DNA of 63,978 bases, the filler included, from Craspedostauros australis (Eukaryota): the NCBI GenBank assembly GCA_030167865.1. It is 19 parts of 19 records of this genome, joined end to end, with 100 filler letters (N's around TTAATTAATTAA, not from the genome) between each part and the next. Parts side by side here need not be neighbours in the genome. Positions count along the whole stretch, not along the records: positions 19,232 to 39,750 come from JALAGF010000574.1; 18 more parts are not named here. The stretch is one strand, 5' to 3'. The notes under the pieces are model-generated. The model had not been told where the DNA came from, searched no databases, and was given only the letters and a program-made list of their open reading frames with translations. Position 1 is the stretch's first letter, and each line of letters starts with the position of its first letter. The translations under genes and the position numbers were made by a program. Below are positions 24,654-36,852 of this stretch, in pieces.

Positions 24654-25157
24654 ATGCAATCCCAATCAACCATGTCCGCCTTCTTTTTCCAAGATCTGTG
24701 GATGCGTTCCATCAAGCCAATGAAGCTCCAACGGAGTTTCTGCTGCGGTGTGGCGATCGGCTTGGGCATTTCCGTGGCGATACACCTCCAGGAGCACCAT
24801 CGCTGCGTACAACGCCGTGTGCTTCAAGAAATCGTCCCCCAAGCCTGGCAAACTCAAGCCAAGGCCATTCAAGTGATGCGTGGTCTCGTCGACGGACTAG
24901 TCTTGGCCGATGGTCATCCTTCGACGGACCTCGTCAGCGCCCGACTTCCGACACGCGTCGTGATCCATTTCCTTCACACACTGCTGGACCACAGTTCCGC
25001 ACTCGCGGATTGCGTCATCCGGCTCATGGCAAATCAGGGAAAGCTTAGAGCATGGGATGGCCCCGGCATCCCGTCCGTGCGGGACGTCCTCGCATCGTTC
25101 CGCGAAGACATGGATGAAATCCAGAACTTCCTGCACCTCTTCGAAGGTGAACCATGA
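24654..25157 (+). CDS. Hypothetical protein with one predicted TM segment
   Basis: Open frame convergent with DTWD1, hydrophobic FCCGVAIGLGISVAI. No recognised motif. Confidence 0.4.
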   Translation: MQSQSTMSAFFFQDLWMRSIKPMKLQRSFCCGVAIGLGISVAIHLQEHHRCVQRRVLQEIVPQAWQTQAKAIQVMRGLVDGLVLADGHPSTDLVSARLPTRVVIHFLHTLLDHSSALADCVIRLMANQGKLRAWDGPGIPSVRDVLASFREDMDEIQNFLHLFEGEP

Positions 25158-25245
25158 AGGGCATCATCTTGCGGGATATCGCACATCTCCGTCACGCCAC
25201 GCCACGCACATGTGATACACTAGTATACAGATGTGGGGGGACATA

Positions 25246-26196
25246 TCACTTGGGCTCCCGATATTGCCGTTGGATGCTCTTGCCCTCCTGCGTGAAGGGT
25301 GCCGGGCGTGCCTCCTTTTGACTCTTGACAGCAATCCACTGTCTTTGTAAACTAAACAGCCACATGAGAGATCGTACCAACGTCCGTGTCGATTCCAATG
25401 CCTCTTGCGCTGTCTGCTGATCGTCAATCGAAGCAGTCATAATATTCTTCTTGCGTTGCCGAGCAAGCGCGTGTGTCACATCGTGCGCAGCGTAGTAAAC
25501 CGCCTCCAACGTCGACACCATCCCGCGACCTGATCGATGCCACCTCCAGAAGTAGGAGTCCTCCGGGACCGTGGAAAGGTGAACTCTCGGCAGATCTTGC
25601 AGGGACGGGTGCGCTTGCAACGGCGCTGTGCGAGTCCATTTGCAATCCAGCACGACCAGTCGTCGAATGCGGGATGCCACTTCGGTGATCGGTCGCGAGT
25701 CGGGACTTGGGAACAGCACGAACGTGGTCGGGCCTGCACCATCGTCGTTGCAGTCGTCCGAATAATGTGGCAACTCCATCGATTCCTCCAGATCGAACAA
25801 TCGCACGGTTGGTGTCACAAACTCCGATGTTGTTCCTGCCGCCACTTCTGCGTTCTTGCTGCTCGTAGTCGCATTGTGCTTTTCCTCGTATTCCCGAATC
25901 GCCTTGTTCAGCACATGCAGCTGCACACCCGAGCTGGAGCCTTTTCGTTCCTTGACGTCGAGCAGAATGTCGACATGAAACGGAAGGGCATTCTCCGCCG
26001 ATCGGCACCATCCCTCCTGGGGAATCAGCAATCGATAGCATTTCACGCAGTAAAAGTACTGCGAACATCCGCAGCAATGCACGCGTTGCCAATCCGGATC
26101 GACCTTGGTGTCGTTCAGGTAGTCCACCAGAACCTGTTCCGCACCAACATCCTTGTGCGTAATCGTATCTTGGTGATCATCGTCCTGCGTGACCAT
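25246..26196 (-). CDS. DTWD1: DTW-domain protein, tRNA-uridine aminocarboxypropyltransferase (DTWD1-like)
   Basis: N-terminal C..C....YC..C, LPFHVDIL, FVLFPSPDS, LVVLDCKW (DXTW position), YFWR, STLEAVYY. Confidence 0.85.
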   Translation of the reverse strand: MVTQDDDHQDTITHKDVGAEQVLVDYLNDTKVDPDWQRVHCCGCSQYFYCVKCYRLLIPQEGWCRSAENALPFHVDILLDVKERKGSSSGVQLHVLNKAIREYEEKHNATTSSKNAEVAAGTTSEFVTPTVRLFDLEESMELPHYSDDCNDDGAGPTTFVLFPSPDSRPITEVASRIRRLVVLDCKWTRTAPLQAHPSLQDLPRVHLSTVPEDSYFWRWHRSGRGMVSTLEAVYYAAHDVTHALARQRKKNIMTASIDDQQTAQEALESTRTLVRSLMWLFSLQRQWIAVKSQKEARPAPFTQEGKSIQRQYREPK

Positions 26197-27290
26197 GTCT
26201 GCTGGTTGCGTGGGATGTCGGAAACCGCAATGACTAAAGTTGTTGTTGCCATCCTGGGGGTAGACGTACGTGTGCTGATACGTGGGCTTGTGGTTGGTTG
26301 GTTGGTTAGTTGATGGATTGAGGAGAAACGCGATTTGCCAGATGATTTTTGAAATGAAAGGAATAGTTAGTATTCCGTGTCTTCTGCACGTTGTCAGGAG
26401 GATGGTTTGTCCTTCAACCGGTTTTGACGCCGTTTGATGTTGAGAACAAAGCTGTATCAGACGATGGTGTAACTGTAGTAGACTTGAAGGTAAACTGGTA
26501 AGATTGTTTCTGATTGCTTGTTTTATGTGTTAAGCTTACTGTTGACAGAACGATCGAGTAAAAGGGCAGGGTTCATGCTATCGTGCTTGAGCCGTTTGTG
26601 TTGTACAGCAACATGTCGTAATGGTTCTGTACATACCCAGCTGTGCAGTAACCCCATCTGTAGAGCAGTACTTGATCCACGGGTGTGGATATGCTTCAAG
26701 ATGCTTGCAGGATTTGCAAGATGGTTAGCTGAACAGGTGGTGCAGTTGCATGAGCTGGAGGACGAGCAGAGTATGGATTGTGGTTCAACTATACACCATG
26801 CGCGCGGTAGTCTTTCATAACAGTATCGGGTTCGGATACCGGGTACCGTGTACGCAACGCGGACGATTGAGTCCCGAGTGGATCCCGGACCAAGTCTGTC
26901 CTAACTGGAATGGACATGAGCGAAGTGTCGCGATAACGTCTTTGTAACGTCTTCTGAACTTCGCGCCAAAAATTGTTGACGCGTGGAGTGGTTCGGAAAG
27001 GACTTCAACCACGGCGATGCACGAGAATGTGCCAAACGCAAAGTCAAAGGCAAAGCCACAAAGAGACAAGAAAACAAGCAATCATACAATCCACAACCCC
27101 CATCGTGGTTCGATTGTTCAACCTGTTTCGCAATTGTGTAACCACCCTGTGTGCCTTTGCCTGTAGCTGTGCTCTGACACAAAAGCAGACGCAGAGTACT
27201 GTCGAGGAATAGAGAGTATCCAAGAACCGAGGAAATCTGGAGAACACGCCGCGCTCCCAGCACGATACGCTGCTGGTGACATACCATACC

Positions 27291-30200
27291 ATGCCATCCA
27301 CCAAGATCCAAGCCAACAATCGATCACCGTCACGGAGACGGGGATCACCGCAGAAGAACCAGTCCACCCTGATATCCTTCTTCAAACCCGCCTCACCGAT
27401 ATCGAAAACCAAAGTCACCAGGAGTAGCACCAGGAGTAGCACCAGGAGCAGCAGCAGAAATAACGCTGGAAGCAACGTCAAGACATCGCAGCCCAAGTTC
27501 CGCGAAGGGACCCAGCTGATCAAGGTGAGTGAAGCTTGTTTGCATCCAGAATTTTCAGTTGTGTTGGGGTCGGGAGCATGAAAACGCAGTGGCTGCATTG
27601 TCGCCATCCTCTTCGATCGCGTGCGACGACATCTCACGCTCTCAAAATTTGCTGCCGACCTCTGCCACACCATCCCCAGAAATTCTTGTTGCCTCCGCAC
27701 AAAAGCGGGACTCGAAATCCATCCGCGGATTACATTCATGATCATGGCACCTGGGTGAAGGGCCACGTCCGCAAGGCCGAGCTGTGGCAGCATCCAACAA
27801 ACAACGGCGGCCGGAATGGAGATTCGTGGGAATATGAAGTGGAATGGGAGCACGCCGCAGCGAACAAAGACAGATTGAAGCAAGCAGAGGTTGAATTTGG
27901 ATGCAAGGCATTCCAGAATCTGAATCGGCCAGTTGCCAAGTACTTCGACGCTTCCGAGCTCTTCTACGGCAAAGTGATCAACGTGACACCGCCCCATCTC
28001 AGCGATACCGACGAAACGTACTTCCGCATCCAGTATGATGATGGTGATTCGGAAGATATGACAGGAGCGGAAGTCAAGCAACATGCTGACCTCTATGATC
28101 AAGAACAGAAGAGGACGAACCCGCCGAAGGAAGCCGCAGCTCGCGGCAAGAAACGAACGAGCGCGAGCGTGTCATCAGAGAAGACTTCCGCACCATCCCG
28201 CAAAAGCAAGTATCTCAAGTTGATGGCTTCCTACAACAACGACAACGAAGACAGTGGGAATGATGACGGTGCCGCGGGCAATGTCCAGGCTGAAGCAATG
28301 AAAGTTGATACTGGTCGACGTGCCAACAGCAGAGACAGCAAAACCACCGGTGGCAACAGCAACAGCAATGGCGACAGCAACAGCAGCAACAATGGCGACC
28401 ACAGCAGCGTCAAAACAGAGAGACGCAGATCATGTCGCTCAACCGCCAAGGCAATCAAATACACAGAGCACTTGCATTCGGAGGATTCCTCAGTCGAAGA
28501 CCCGCCCAGACCGCAGCGGCGAACCTCCTCCCGGACGACAGCAACGGCGACGACGACGACTCGCAAGAATTCTCGTGCAGCTGCAAGCAACCAACGCAAG
28601 CGCAGGCAATCCGCGGACGATTCTGACTCTTCTGCGTCCTTTCATAACGATGATGATCAGGACGATGACGATGATGAACTGATGATTGATGTTGCGAAGA
28701 GCGCGTCCAATGAACGCGCTGCTTCCTCAACGAAGACGGGAGCTGGCAAAGCATCGAACAGTCTTGGCGCTCGAAAGCCCAAGGCCAGCAATTCAAGAAA
28801 GACCACCAAGGCGACCAAAGCTTCCAAAATCAGCGACGGCAAGCCCAAGGGGAAGTCAAAAATGGCCGAGTCTTTTACACCACTGAACGCGCCGATCTAC
28901 CCTGGCCACTCACTTGAAACAATCCAAACGAAGTACGCATACCTCGATCCCTGTGGCATGGAGGCAACCGATGATATCTTGGACCGCGAGGTTGGTAAAC
29001 AGGTCGACAAAATTGGATCCCTGCTGAGCAGAGCGATCGGTAACGGTGCCATTGGCGGAGCCACCAATCCGCTCAAGCTGGGAACAGCCTGCAGCGGTAC
29101 GGATGCACCAGCTCTCGCTCTCACGATCGTCCAAGAGCAATGGGAGCTCCGGAAGCAGAAGGCACAGCTCGGCATCGAGCACGTCTTCAGCTGCGAGAAG
29201 GAGCCCTTCAAGCAGGCCTACCTGGCGCGCAACTTCGATTCCATCCTGTATCCCGACATCTGCAAATTGGGCCAGCCCGATCACACACCACGAGATGTCT
29301 ACGGCCGAACAACGCCCCTGCCGGACATGAATCTCTTCGTCGCAGGCACCGTCTGCAAGAATTTCAGTATGCTGCGGTCGAAGTGGCGGATCGATATTGA
29401 AGACAAGGGGGAGAGTGGCGAAACATTCATGGCTGCGACGGAGATTCTGTGGAAGGAGCAACCCGAAATGGCCGTTTTTGAGAATGTGGTCGGCGCTCCG
29501 TGGGTGAGTCATGCCATTCGTTGTCGTTGTCGTTGTCGTCGTTGATGCTCATTTTTTATGACCGTACATAGGTATGTGTGCAAACACCAACTCACCAGAA
29601 ACGCTCGGTCTAACACTTTCCCATCTCTCCGTGATCCCAAACCGGCGCCGAAACATCCATCTCATCCTTGGCACGCATGCTTTGCCTGATGATCGTGTTG
29701 ATACTTCGCAGCTCAAAATGCAAGAGTACATTACAGGTCGAGTAAAGCTCTCAACTGCTTCCGAAAACAAGGCGATCAAAAAGGACACGCGCAAGAAGAA
29801 CGAAAAGCTGTTGTTCGAACGGACCAAGCAGGGTCAGATTGTGGTCGCGGCGGTGCCGTCGACGTACGGCATTCGATGCTGCGCAGTTGTCGAGGGATTT
29901 TGCAAAGGGGAATCTACGACTGTATCCCCCATAACATGGCCGAAGGGAAAGTCCCAATCGCGGGACCAATGCGAACTGAAAGATCTGCTCCTTGCCAACA
30001 AGATCGCTGAAGAAGATATCCTCGTGTTCAAAACACCGTGCCAGTATCGCACTCAGATAGTGAAGGTCGACACCAAGGCATACGGCCTACCCCAGACACG
30101 CCAGCGTGTGTACATGTACGTTTGGAAGGTCAGGGACGACGACACCAACGACAATCTGGGGACGTACTGGCAAGCCATCGTGGAGCATCTGGAATCCCCA

Positions 30201-33200
30201 GTGCAGCATTCCCTCGATGCATTCATGCTGGATGACAACCACGATGTGATCCGAGTATTCCGCGAAGCGCTAAATGGACCACCCGGTCGCCAGACCAAAC
30301 GTGTCAACTTTCAAGAGCCAGACTGGTGGGCAGTGCACAGTAGTAACCGCGTGCACAACAAGTATGCTCGGAAGGGACTGGGTCTGGAGGACGAAGCAAG
30401 GTTCCTGACCAACTGGAAGGCATTTGGCGGGAAGCAGATACCGCTTCATTATTGGTTGGAGTACGTGAACTGCAACGGTGCACGAATCATTGACATGCTC
30501 GACATTCTCAATGCAGCCTGTTTTCGAGACGCAGAATCGCACGATCCTGGCTTCACCTCGTTCTATTGGAATGTGAGCCAGAACGTCTCCAAAGAGAAGC
30601 ATCGCGCTGCGACGCCAGGAAGTAAGTGCGGTGAATGAGCCTCTCTCATTTTAGGTGTTGCCTTGAATGCATGGAATGAGCTTGGGTGTGGACGTCAACT
30701 TTCGGCATTTGTCTTGTCGATGAAAGCGATTGAGATCGCGGAGAACAGAGAGCAAAGACCACAAATCAGAAACTGAGCATGCTGATGTTGCATGTGCCAC
30801 ATGCTTACCTTCCTCACAACTTGGATGTTCCTCTTTTATCGCTTTCGCACCGAAAATCGACCTTGCTCACTTGTACTCGTACGTTGGACTGCGCGCTTTA
30901 CATCGTCTGTGGTCTTCGGGTTTGGTCGATCCTCTCGTACCTTCGCTTGTTTCCTTTCACTGAATTCCCTTCTTCTGTTTCGCGCATGATGTGCTTTTCA
31001 GTCGCTGGTTGCATAACTCCAGGAGGCGACTTCCTGATCCCTCATCGTGGCCGCCCGCTCCTTGGATGCGAGAAGCTGCTCATGCAAGGCATTCCGTACT
31101 TCCGTTTGCTGCTGGGCAACGAGACGGAGGTGCAGCTCGGCGACCTGGCAGGCAACGCCATGAGTCTCACGGTCGTCTGCGCAACGATCTTGGCGTCGCT
31201 GACGTGTCGCCAGCTGCAGAAGGAATGTCCTGGTGGCAATCCCCAGGACATTCGAAATTACCTGAAGAAGAATTGCATGTTCGAAGACAGCTTGAAGAAG
31301 CAACAATGGGCTGACAAGGTGCCCCCGCCGCTATCCTCCAAGGCCAGTCTCCTCGTGCATCCAACCGCGAGCGAGGATGTTGCGATGCCTTTCGATGAAC
31401 TCTTTCGAGACCTGGCCGGCATGGCCGAGGAGGCAACGAAGTCCTCAATCTGGTGCACATGCGAATCAAGTGGCACAGTGTCGCGAGAATCCAAATTCTT
31501 GCAATGCAGGATATGCCGTGCCTCGTGCTGCCGCAACTGCATCAGCTCGCTTGCTGGATACAATGTTTCATCGCACGACACAACGGAAGTCGAACTATCG
31601 AAGGATGAGCACTGCCTGGCAGCATTCCAAACCAAACTGCGAGACAAAGTGCCAACGTCGCTCCAATTTGGCGAGGGCAGCCTCAACGAGATCGCGCAAA
31701 CGAACAATGACACCTTTCGTGTGAAAGGACTCGAGGCATACACTTTCAATCTGCATCAAATCAAGAGAGATCGGCGACGATGGACTGTCGTGTATTACGC
31801 CCGCGAAAATGGTGGCATCGGCGAAGCGCTGGCGGAGCTGCGCCTCATCGTCGGCGAATTGAGGCGTGAATCACTGCAGCACAACAGCGCGTGCCAGATG
31901 GGTGTTGCGGCAGAACTGGTGTCGTTCTTACCAGCGCGGACCTTCCCGTTGCGATTTGGACCACTGGGGCCATGCGCGAAGGTCGAGGTCCTCAAATTTG
32001 GTCCCACAACCTTGGCTGGAAGTGATTTCCATTGGCAACATCGAAGCGGCGATGTCGTGTTGGAAGCAACGGTTGAAGGGAGTGGGCACACACCTTCGCC
32101 CAGGAAGGAGGTGGGATTGATGGACAGCATCGAAGCAGATCTGAGGAAGACAGCAAAAGCCGGCCACAACAGAAAGAAGTTTGAATCCGCAGAATTACGA
32201 GGAGAGAGGAGGCGATGGCTGTATGCAGCGAATTGGCAAACGTGGCCTGCCTCTATCCACGTCAGGATCAACGATACAGATAAGTCTCGCCACGCTTCAA
32301 TTGCCGGCATTTACAACCGCACAGGCTGCAGGCAGTCGATCAATCAGTCAGCTCTCTGGGTGAAACAGGCTTCGGATGCAAGCAATGCCGACGGTGATGA
32401 TCATGACGGTGAAAATGTCGGAAATCCTGCACAGCAGGCCATGTACATCGTGATTCGACCTTGCGTCGACCGCACAGGCCCGGATGTCGCTGTCATCTCC
32501 ACATCGATCGATGCGTCCCATGATGCGTCAGTCGTCGCGGAGTTCCCTGCGACATGGCAACCCTGCGACGCTTTCGATCCAAAGCGGTATGCACAGAAGC
32601 TTGTATGCAGGAACTGGACGAGCAGCAAGCTCGTTCAATGCCTGGTACCGCCGTCTACATCCACCGCGGTGGCAGGCAGAAAACAATCAGACGAGCTGGT
32701 ATCGATCAAAGGTCTGTCCGCGATGGAGCTTGCGATGTTCCATCAGGCTGCTGGGTTGGCGACGGACAGGTGCGGGACTCCCGTGGAACTGTGCATGTCC
32801 CAAGGACAGCAGGCACAGAAACTTGTGCGGGTATTCAACACAGTATGCACGGCAAAGATCCTGAACCTGGCCGCCAAAAATCGATTGCCGTACGATGTCT
32901 CCAACACATCATGGATCGACTTGGAAGAGGACGTGGGGATGCGATTTGGGCACTGCGAAAAGACGATTCCGAGAAGGCCTGTCGAGCAATGGGTCTTTGA
33001 CAAGGAGCGCAACAGCTGGGAGCGCACAAGCGAACCGGATGCTGCAAGCCGCTACTGTACTCAGCTGCATGAGGCACCGAAGCCTTTTGAGTTTTGGTTG
33101 GACAGCGCCTCGAAGCAGCTCGTGGTCAAGTGCTTTCCCAAGGTCGTTGCGCATCATGCTGCCCACATGCTGATCAATTGCAGAGGGAAGCAGATCGAGA

Positions 33201-35644
33201 ATGGCGAGATTCGAGTGCGTGGCAAACTGTCGGATACGTCACTTCAGGACGACCCGGACATCAAGGCCTTCCGAGTCAAGAATTGCGACCACATGGAGAC
33301 CACGGATGTCGCTCTGAGCCACGGTCACGTGCTGTATCAACGCCAGCAGAAGGTTGTGACCCAGATGGTAAGAATTGAGAGCGGGGAAACGACTTTCACA
33401 GAGGAAGAGATGAGTGAGCATCAACTCGCGGGCTCGACAGGACTGAGCTTCATCGCCCAGGCAACGCGTTCCTCCAAGATCAGAGGAGGTGTGATTGCTG
33501 ATGCCATAGGTGCAGGCAAGACTGTGATCTCCATCGCAATTATCCTCCAGGGTATTGAACACGCGAGGAAGTCAAGGTCCGAACCATGCAAAAGTGGAGC
33601 GACTCTCATCGTCGTCCCCCCTGGACTCATCAAGCAATGGGAAAGTGAGATCCAGAAGTTTGCCCACCGTCTCAAGGTCTTGCCAATCTTCGCATTCGAT
33701 TCGTTGAAGAAAACATCGGTGAAACAACTGCTCGAGGCTGATGTGGTCATATGCCCCATCGATATTCTCGAATCGAAGGGTTACCTGGAGAACCTGACGC
33801 AGAAGGCAGGGTACTTGAAGGAGCTGGTTGAGAAGTCAAAGGTCTTGAAGGAGCTGGCCCAACCTGCGCGCGGTGGCATTCCTCGGGAGATCATACCAGA
33901 AATGCCACGATCAGTAGGCCAGGTCGAAATCACGGCAGCCCGGGGCAACTGGATTCCGTCCACCTCCACCGACCCCTACGGCGGAGGCAATCATTGGCAG
34001 AACCAACGCCGTCGCAACCAGTCCGCGCACTACACTTACATGTACGAGAATAGCGTCAAACACCTGCGCGAGCAGAAGTTCGGAGCATCCAGCAAGGGGA
34101 TCCCGTTGGAATACTTCGAATGGGAACGCATTTTCGTGGATGAGATCCATGAGAGCCTGTGTACCACCAAGGCCGAGGTCAGCACAGCGAAAGAAGCGTA
34201 CGAATTCAACAACACGTCCACGAAGGGGTTCTTCGCGGAGAAAAATCGAAGAGCTGGCCGAGAGCTGCTCGGTATCACCATGAAGGAGACGGCGAACAGA
34301 CCTCTGCGATGCCGCAATGCCATGTTTGGTCTCACGGTAAGTCACAGCGATTGAGAATGGGACCTCGAGAGCATCATCACTGCGTGGTTATGTGTGCTGC
34401 AGCGTGCTGGTGTGTCAGAAGAGAGATGGCTATGTTTGATGCGTCGTCAGCACTTCTTGCTTTGCCGTACCATTCGCGTGGCGTGTTGCTTTGGTTGGTT
34501 TGAAGCTTTCCCAATCGAGCTCGCCGTGCGCTATTCTCTGTGCAGAGGATTTTGTTTTCTAACTATTTCATAGTCGTGTGGCCGTGTGCCACCGCATTCC
34601 AATTGCTATTTCGCTTTCATCAACGCATACATCCACTGATATCACAATCCACCATTCAAAATCCACAACCTTCAGGGCACACCGCTGCTCGACAGCACAA
34701 GTCGCGTTTGCGAATTGGCCAACCTCATGGGCGGCGTGTACGTCACGGGTCTGTGGTCGCATTGGAGAAGGCTGGAGCGTGAATCATGCCGTGATATCTT
34801 CCTGATGAACTACCTCGTACCCAAGCAGTCACGTGAAACTCGCAAGGCAATGTACCGCAAGTCGCAGGACTACCTCGATGTCGCGTGCTGCCGGAACAAG
34901 GCAGATGATCAGATGGTCGGAATCAAACTGACCGAGATGGTGAAGCGCGTGCAAATGACGAAAGAGGAGGAAGAGATGTATCTGCGAAGTCAGAATGGAA
35001 TTCTGAAGGAGCAACGAGGTTTCTCAGTTGTGCCAACCGATTTTGATCCCAGCGCAGGCCATGACATCAGCCAGTTCTTGAGGCAGAACTCCAACATGCC
35101 CTGCCGTGGAAAGGAGCTGTCGAGGATCTGCGAGAGTATCCTGAAACGTCGACCGCAAACCAAGATCGTGGTCTTCTGCGATGGCAGGATCAACGCCAGC
35201 TTCCATGCCCAGCAGGCCCTGCAACGGGAAGGCGTGGAGTGCACATGGCTGGACCCGGAAGATACGGTGGAGAGGCGAAATGAAAAGATTTCATGGTACC
35301 AGGTGGCCGACGCCACCGAGGAGGATAAGGCAAGGCCCAGGATCCTGCTGCTCAATTTCGAGCACGCCGCAGGTCTCAACCTGCAAGCCGAGTGCAACAA
35401 CCTCATCCTGTACACTCCGCTGTACGTCGGAGAAGGTGGATCGAGCGGAGATCCAGTGACCGACGTCAGCACGGAACTCCAAGCCATTGGCCGCGTGTAC
35501 CGACCAGGCCAACCGCAACACGAGGTGCTCGTGTACAGAATCGAAGTCAGGGGGCCCAACGGCGAAGCCTGCCTGGATGATCACCTGATTCGGAGGAACA
35601 CCGATGCAGACACCAAAGCCGAGGCAACCAACTCCGGTGACTAG
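27291..35644 (+). CDS. DNMT5: DNMT5-family cytosine-5 DNA methyltransferase fused to a SNF2 ATPase (~2,420 aa); exons 27291-27524, 27680-29503, 29712-30621, 31002-34336, 34676-35644
   Basis: MTase motifs LGTACSGTDAP (I), FSCEKEPFKQAYLARNF, AGTVCKNFS (IV), ENV (VI), YGLPQTRQR (VIII), GCITPGG, DLAGNAMS (X). SNF2 motifs GGVIADAIGAGKT, VDEIHE, GLT|GTP, AAGLNL, QAIGRVYRPGQ. All four GT-AG introns keep frame and two rebuild motifs (ATPG|IAGC, GLT|GTP). Confidence 0.93.
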
Positions 35645-35942
35645 AATACTCCAGCAAGAATTGCAATCAACTTCGGGTCGAAGGAGCAATCCTATGTTAT
35701 CGCGTTAGGCTTGCACGTTACGCTATATGATAGTTAGAGCATTAAGCTAGTAACCGCGACATTCTGTGCCACAAAAGAACACTCTTAATTGTTCGTTACT
35801 TCTCGAACTTGTCCGTCAATCTTGCGTTTCTCCAACAACTCGTGACTTGAATCAGGAGACTTTCTGTTCCCGCTCAACGCAAGCCGTGGTCAGCCAGCGC
35901 CCTCTCTGGGTAAGGGACGCCGCGCACCGGCGAAACCGCATT

Positions 35943-36240
35943 GCACCGTCGATGGCCTAGTGCCCCGGTGTGGCTTTGGTATCTCCTATGCGCAGTTGCG
36001 GCCTTTTTAGTGGGTTCGAGTCCTACATAACCCAGTGCCTGCTACCCCCAGTGGCAGGTGACAGGTACCTACCCGGGCGAATCGGGGATGCGTATGACGT
36101 GTGGAGGTGCATCCCGCCTTGGCCGTTACAAGCCTCGGCATGGAGCCCTTTCGCTGATATGCTCTCCAATAGTTCGTGGCCCAGCTGCTCCGGTGGCCGA
36201 GGGTCTCAGGTTCACAGCTGACCGGTCGATGTCTTTTGCC
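35943..36240 (+). ncRNA. Candidate structured RNA or tRNA-derived SINE-like element (unassigned)
   Basis: A-box-like TGGCCTAGTG (35953), T-arm GTGGG-TTCGAGT-CCTAC (36010-36026), several GC-rich hairpins, T-run at the end. No complete cloverleaf. Confidence 0.3.
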
Positions 36241-36852
36241 TTTCCATTCCCTGGTGGAAAAATTGGCTTTTATAGGTTGAAGGAGACATCATGTCATCGG
36301 TCTAGGCTTGTACGTCACACTATGTGGAACGCTGGCGTATTGATTCGTTCGACCAAACAATGAATTCGGCGTTCCAATTTTCCTAAATCCAACTCGGGCG
36401 AACACGGGACAGGCAACTCGGGACTCGTGACAACCACACGACAAAACGAAGCCATCACGCAACGCCCCCAAACGCGGCGCATTTGCGATCTTTGTTGTTC
36501 TGGTGATGTTCTTGGCGTGGATGTTTTGTCGGAATCTTTCTCGCACCCATCGCATCATCTGCGCAGCCCACCTCTTGTTCGGCACAAATGGCATCGGAAA
36601 CACTGCTCACATCAACACAAGCACCATCGCACAAGCGAAGGAACGAGGCCCAGTTGGTTGGCCATCGCTGTCTGTTGGACCATCGCACTCATCTGCGGCC
36701 TTCGCGTTCCCGACAGTGTCTGCCACCATAGAGACCTCTTTTTCGTAGATCGTTGGCCACTCATCGGCTCCGCACCTTTTGTACCGTTTGCGTGACCGCT
36801 ATTCACGCATACACGCACAGGCACAAGAGAATACAACGCTCCAACGAGGAAC

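Noticed and set aside
30779..31001. Independent start of a 1191-aa SNF2 gene
   Set aside because: This stretch is intron 3 of DNMT5; splicing restores ATPGIAGCITPGG.
35946..36034. Functional tRNA gene
   Set aside because: T-arm is good but there is no acceptor-stem pairing or clear anticodon arm.
36026..36036. Telomerase RNA template (TAACCC)
   Set aside because: Only one 6-nt unit with no alignment overlap; too short to template TTAGGG.
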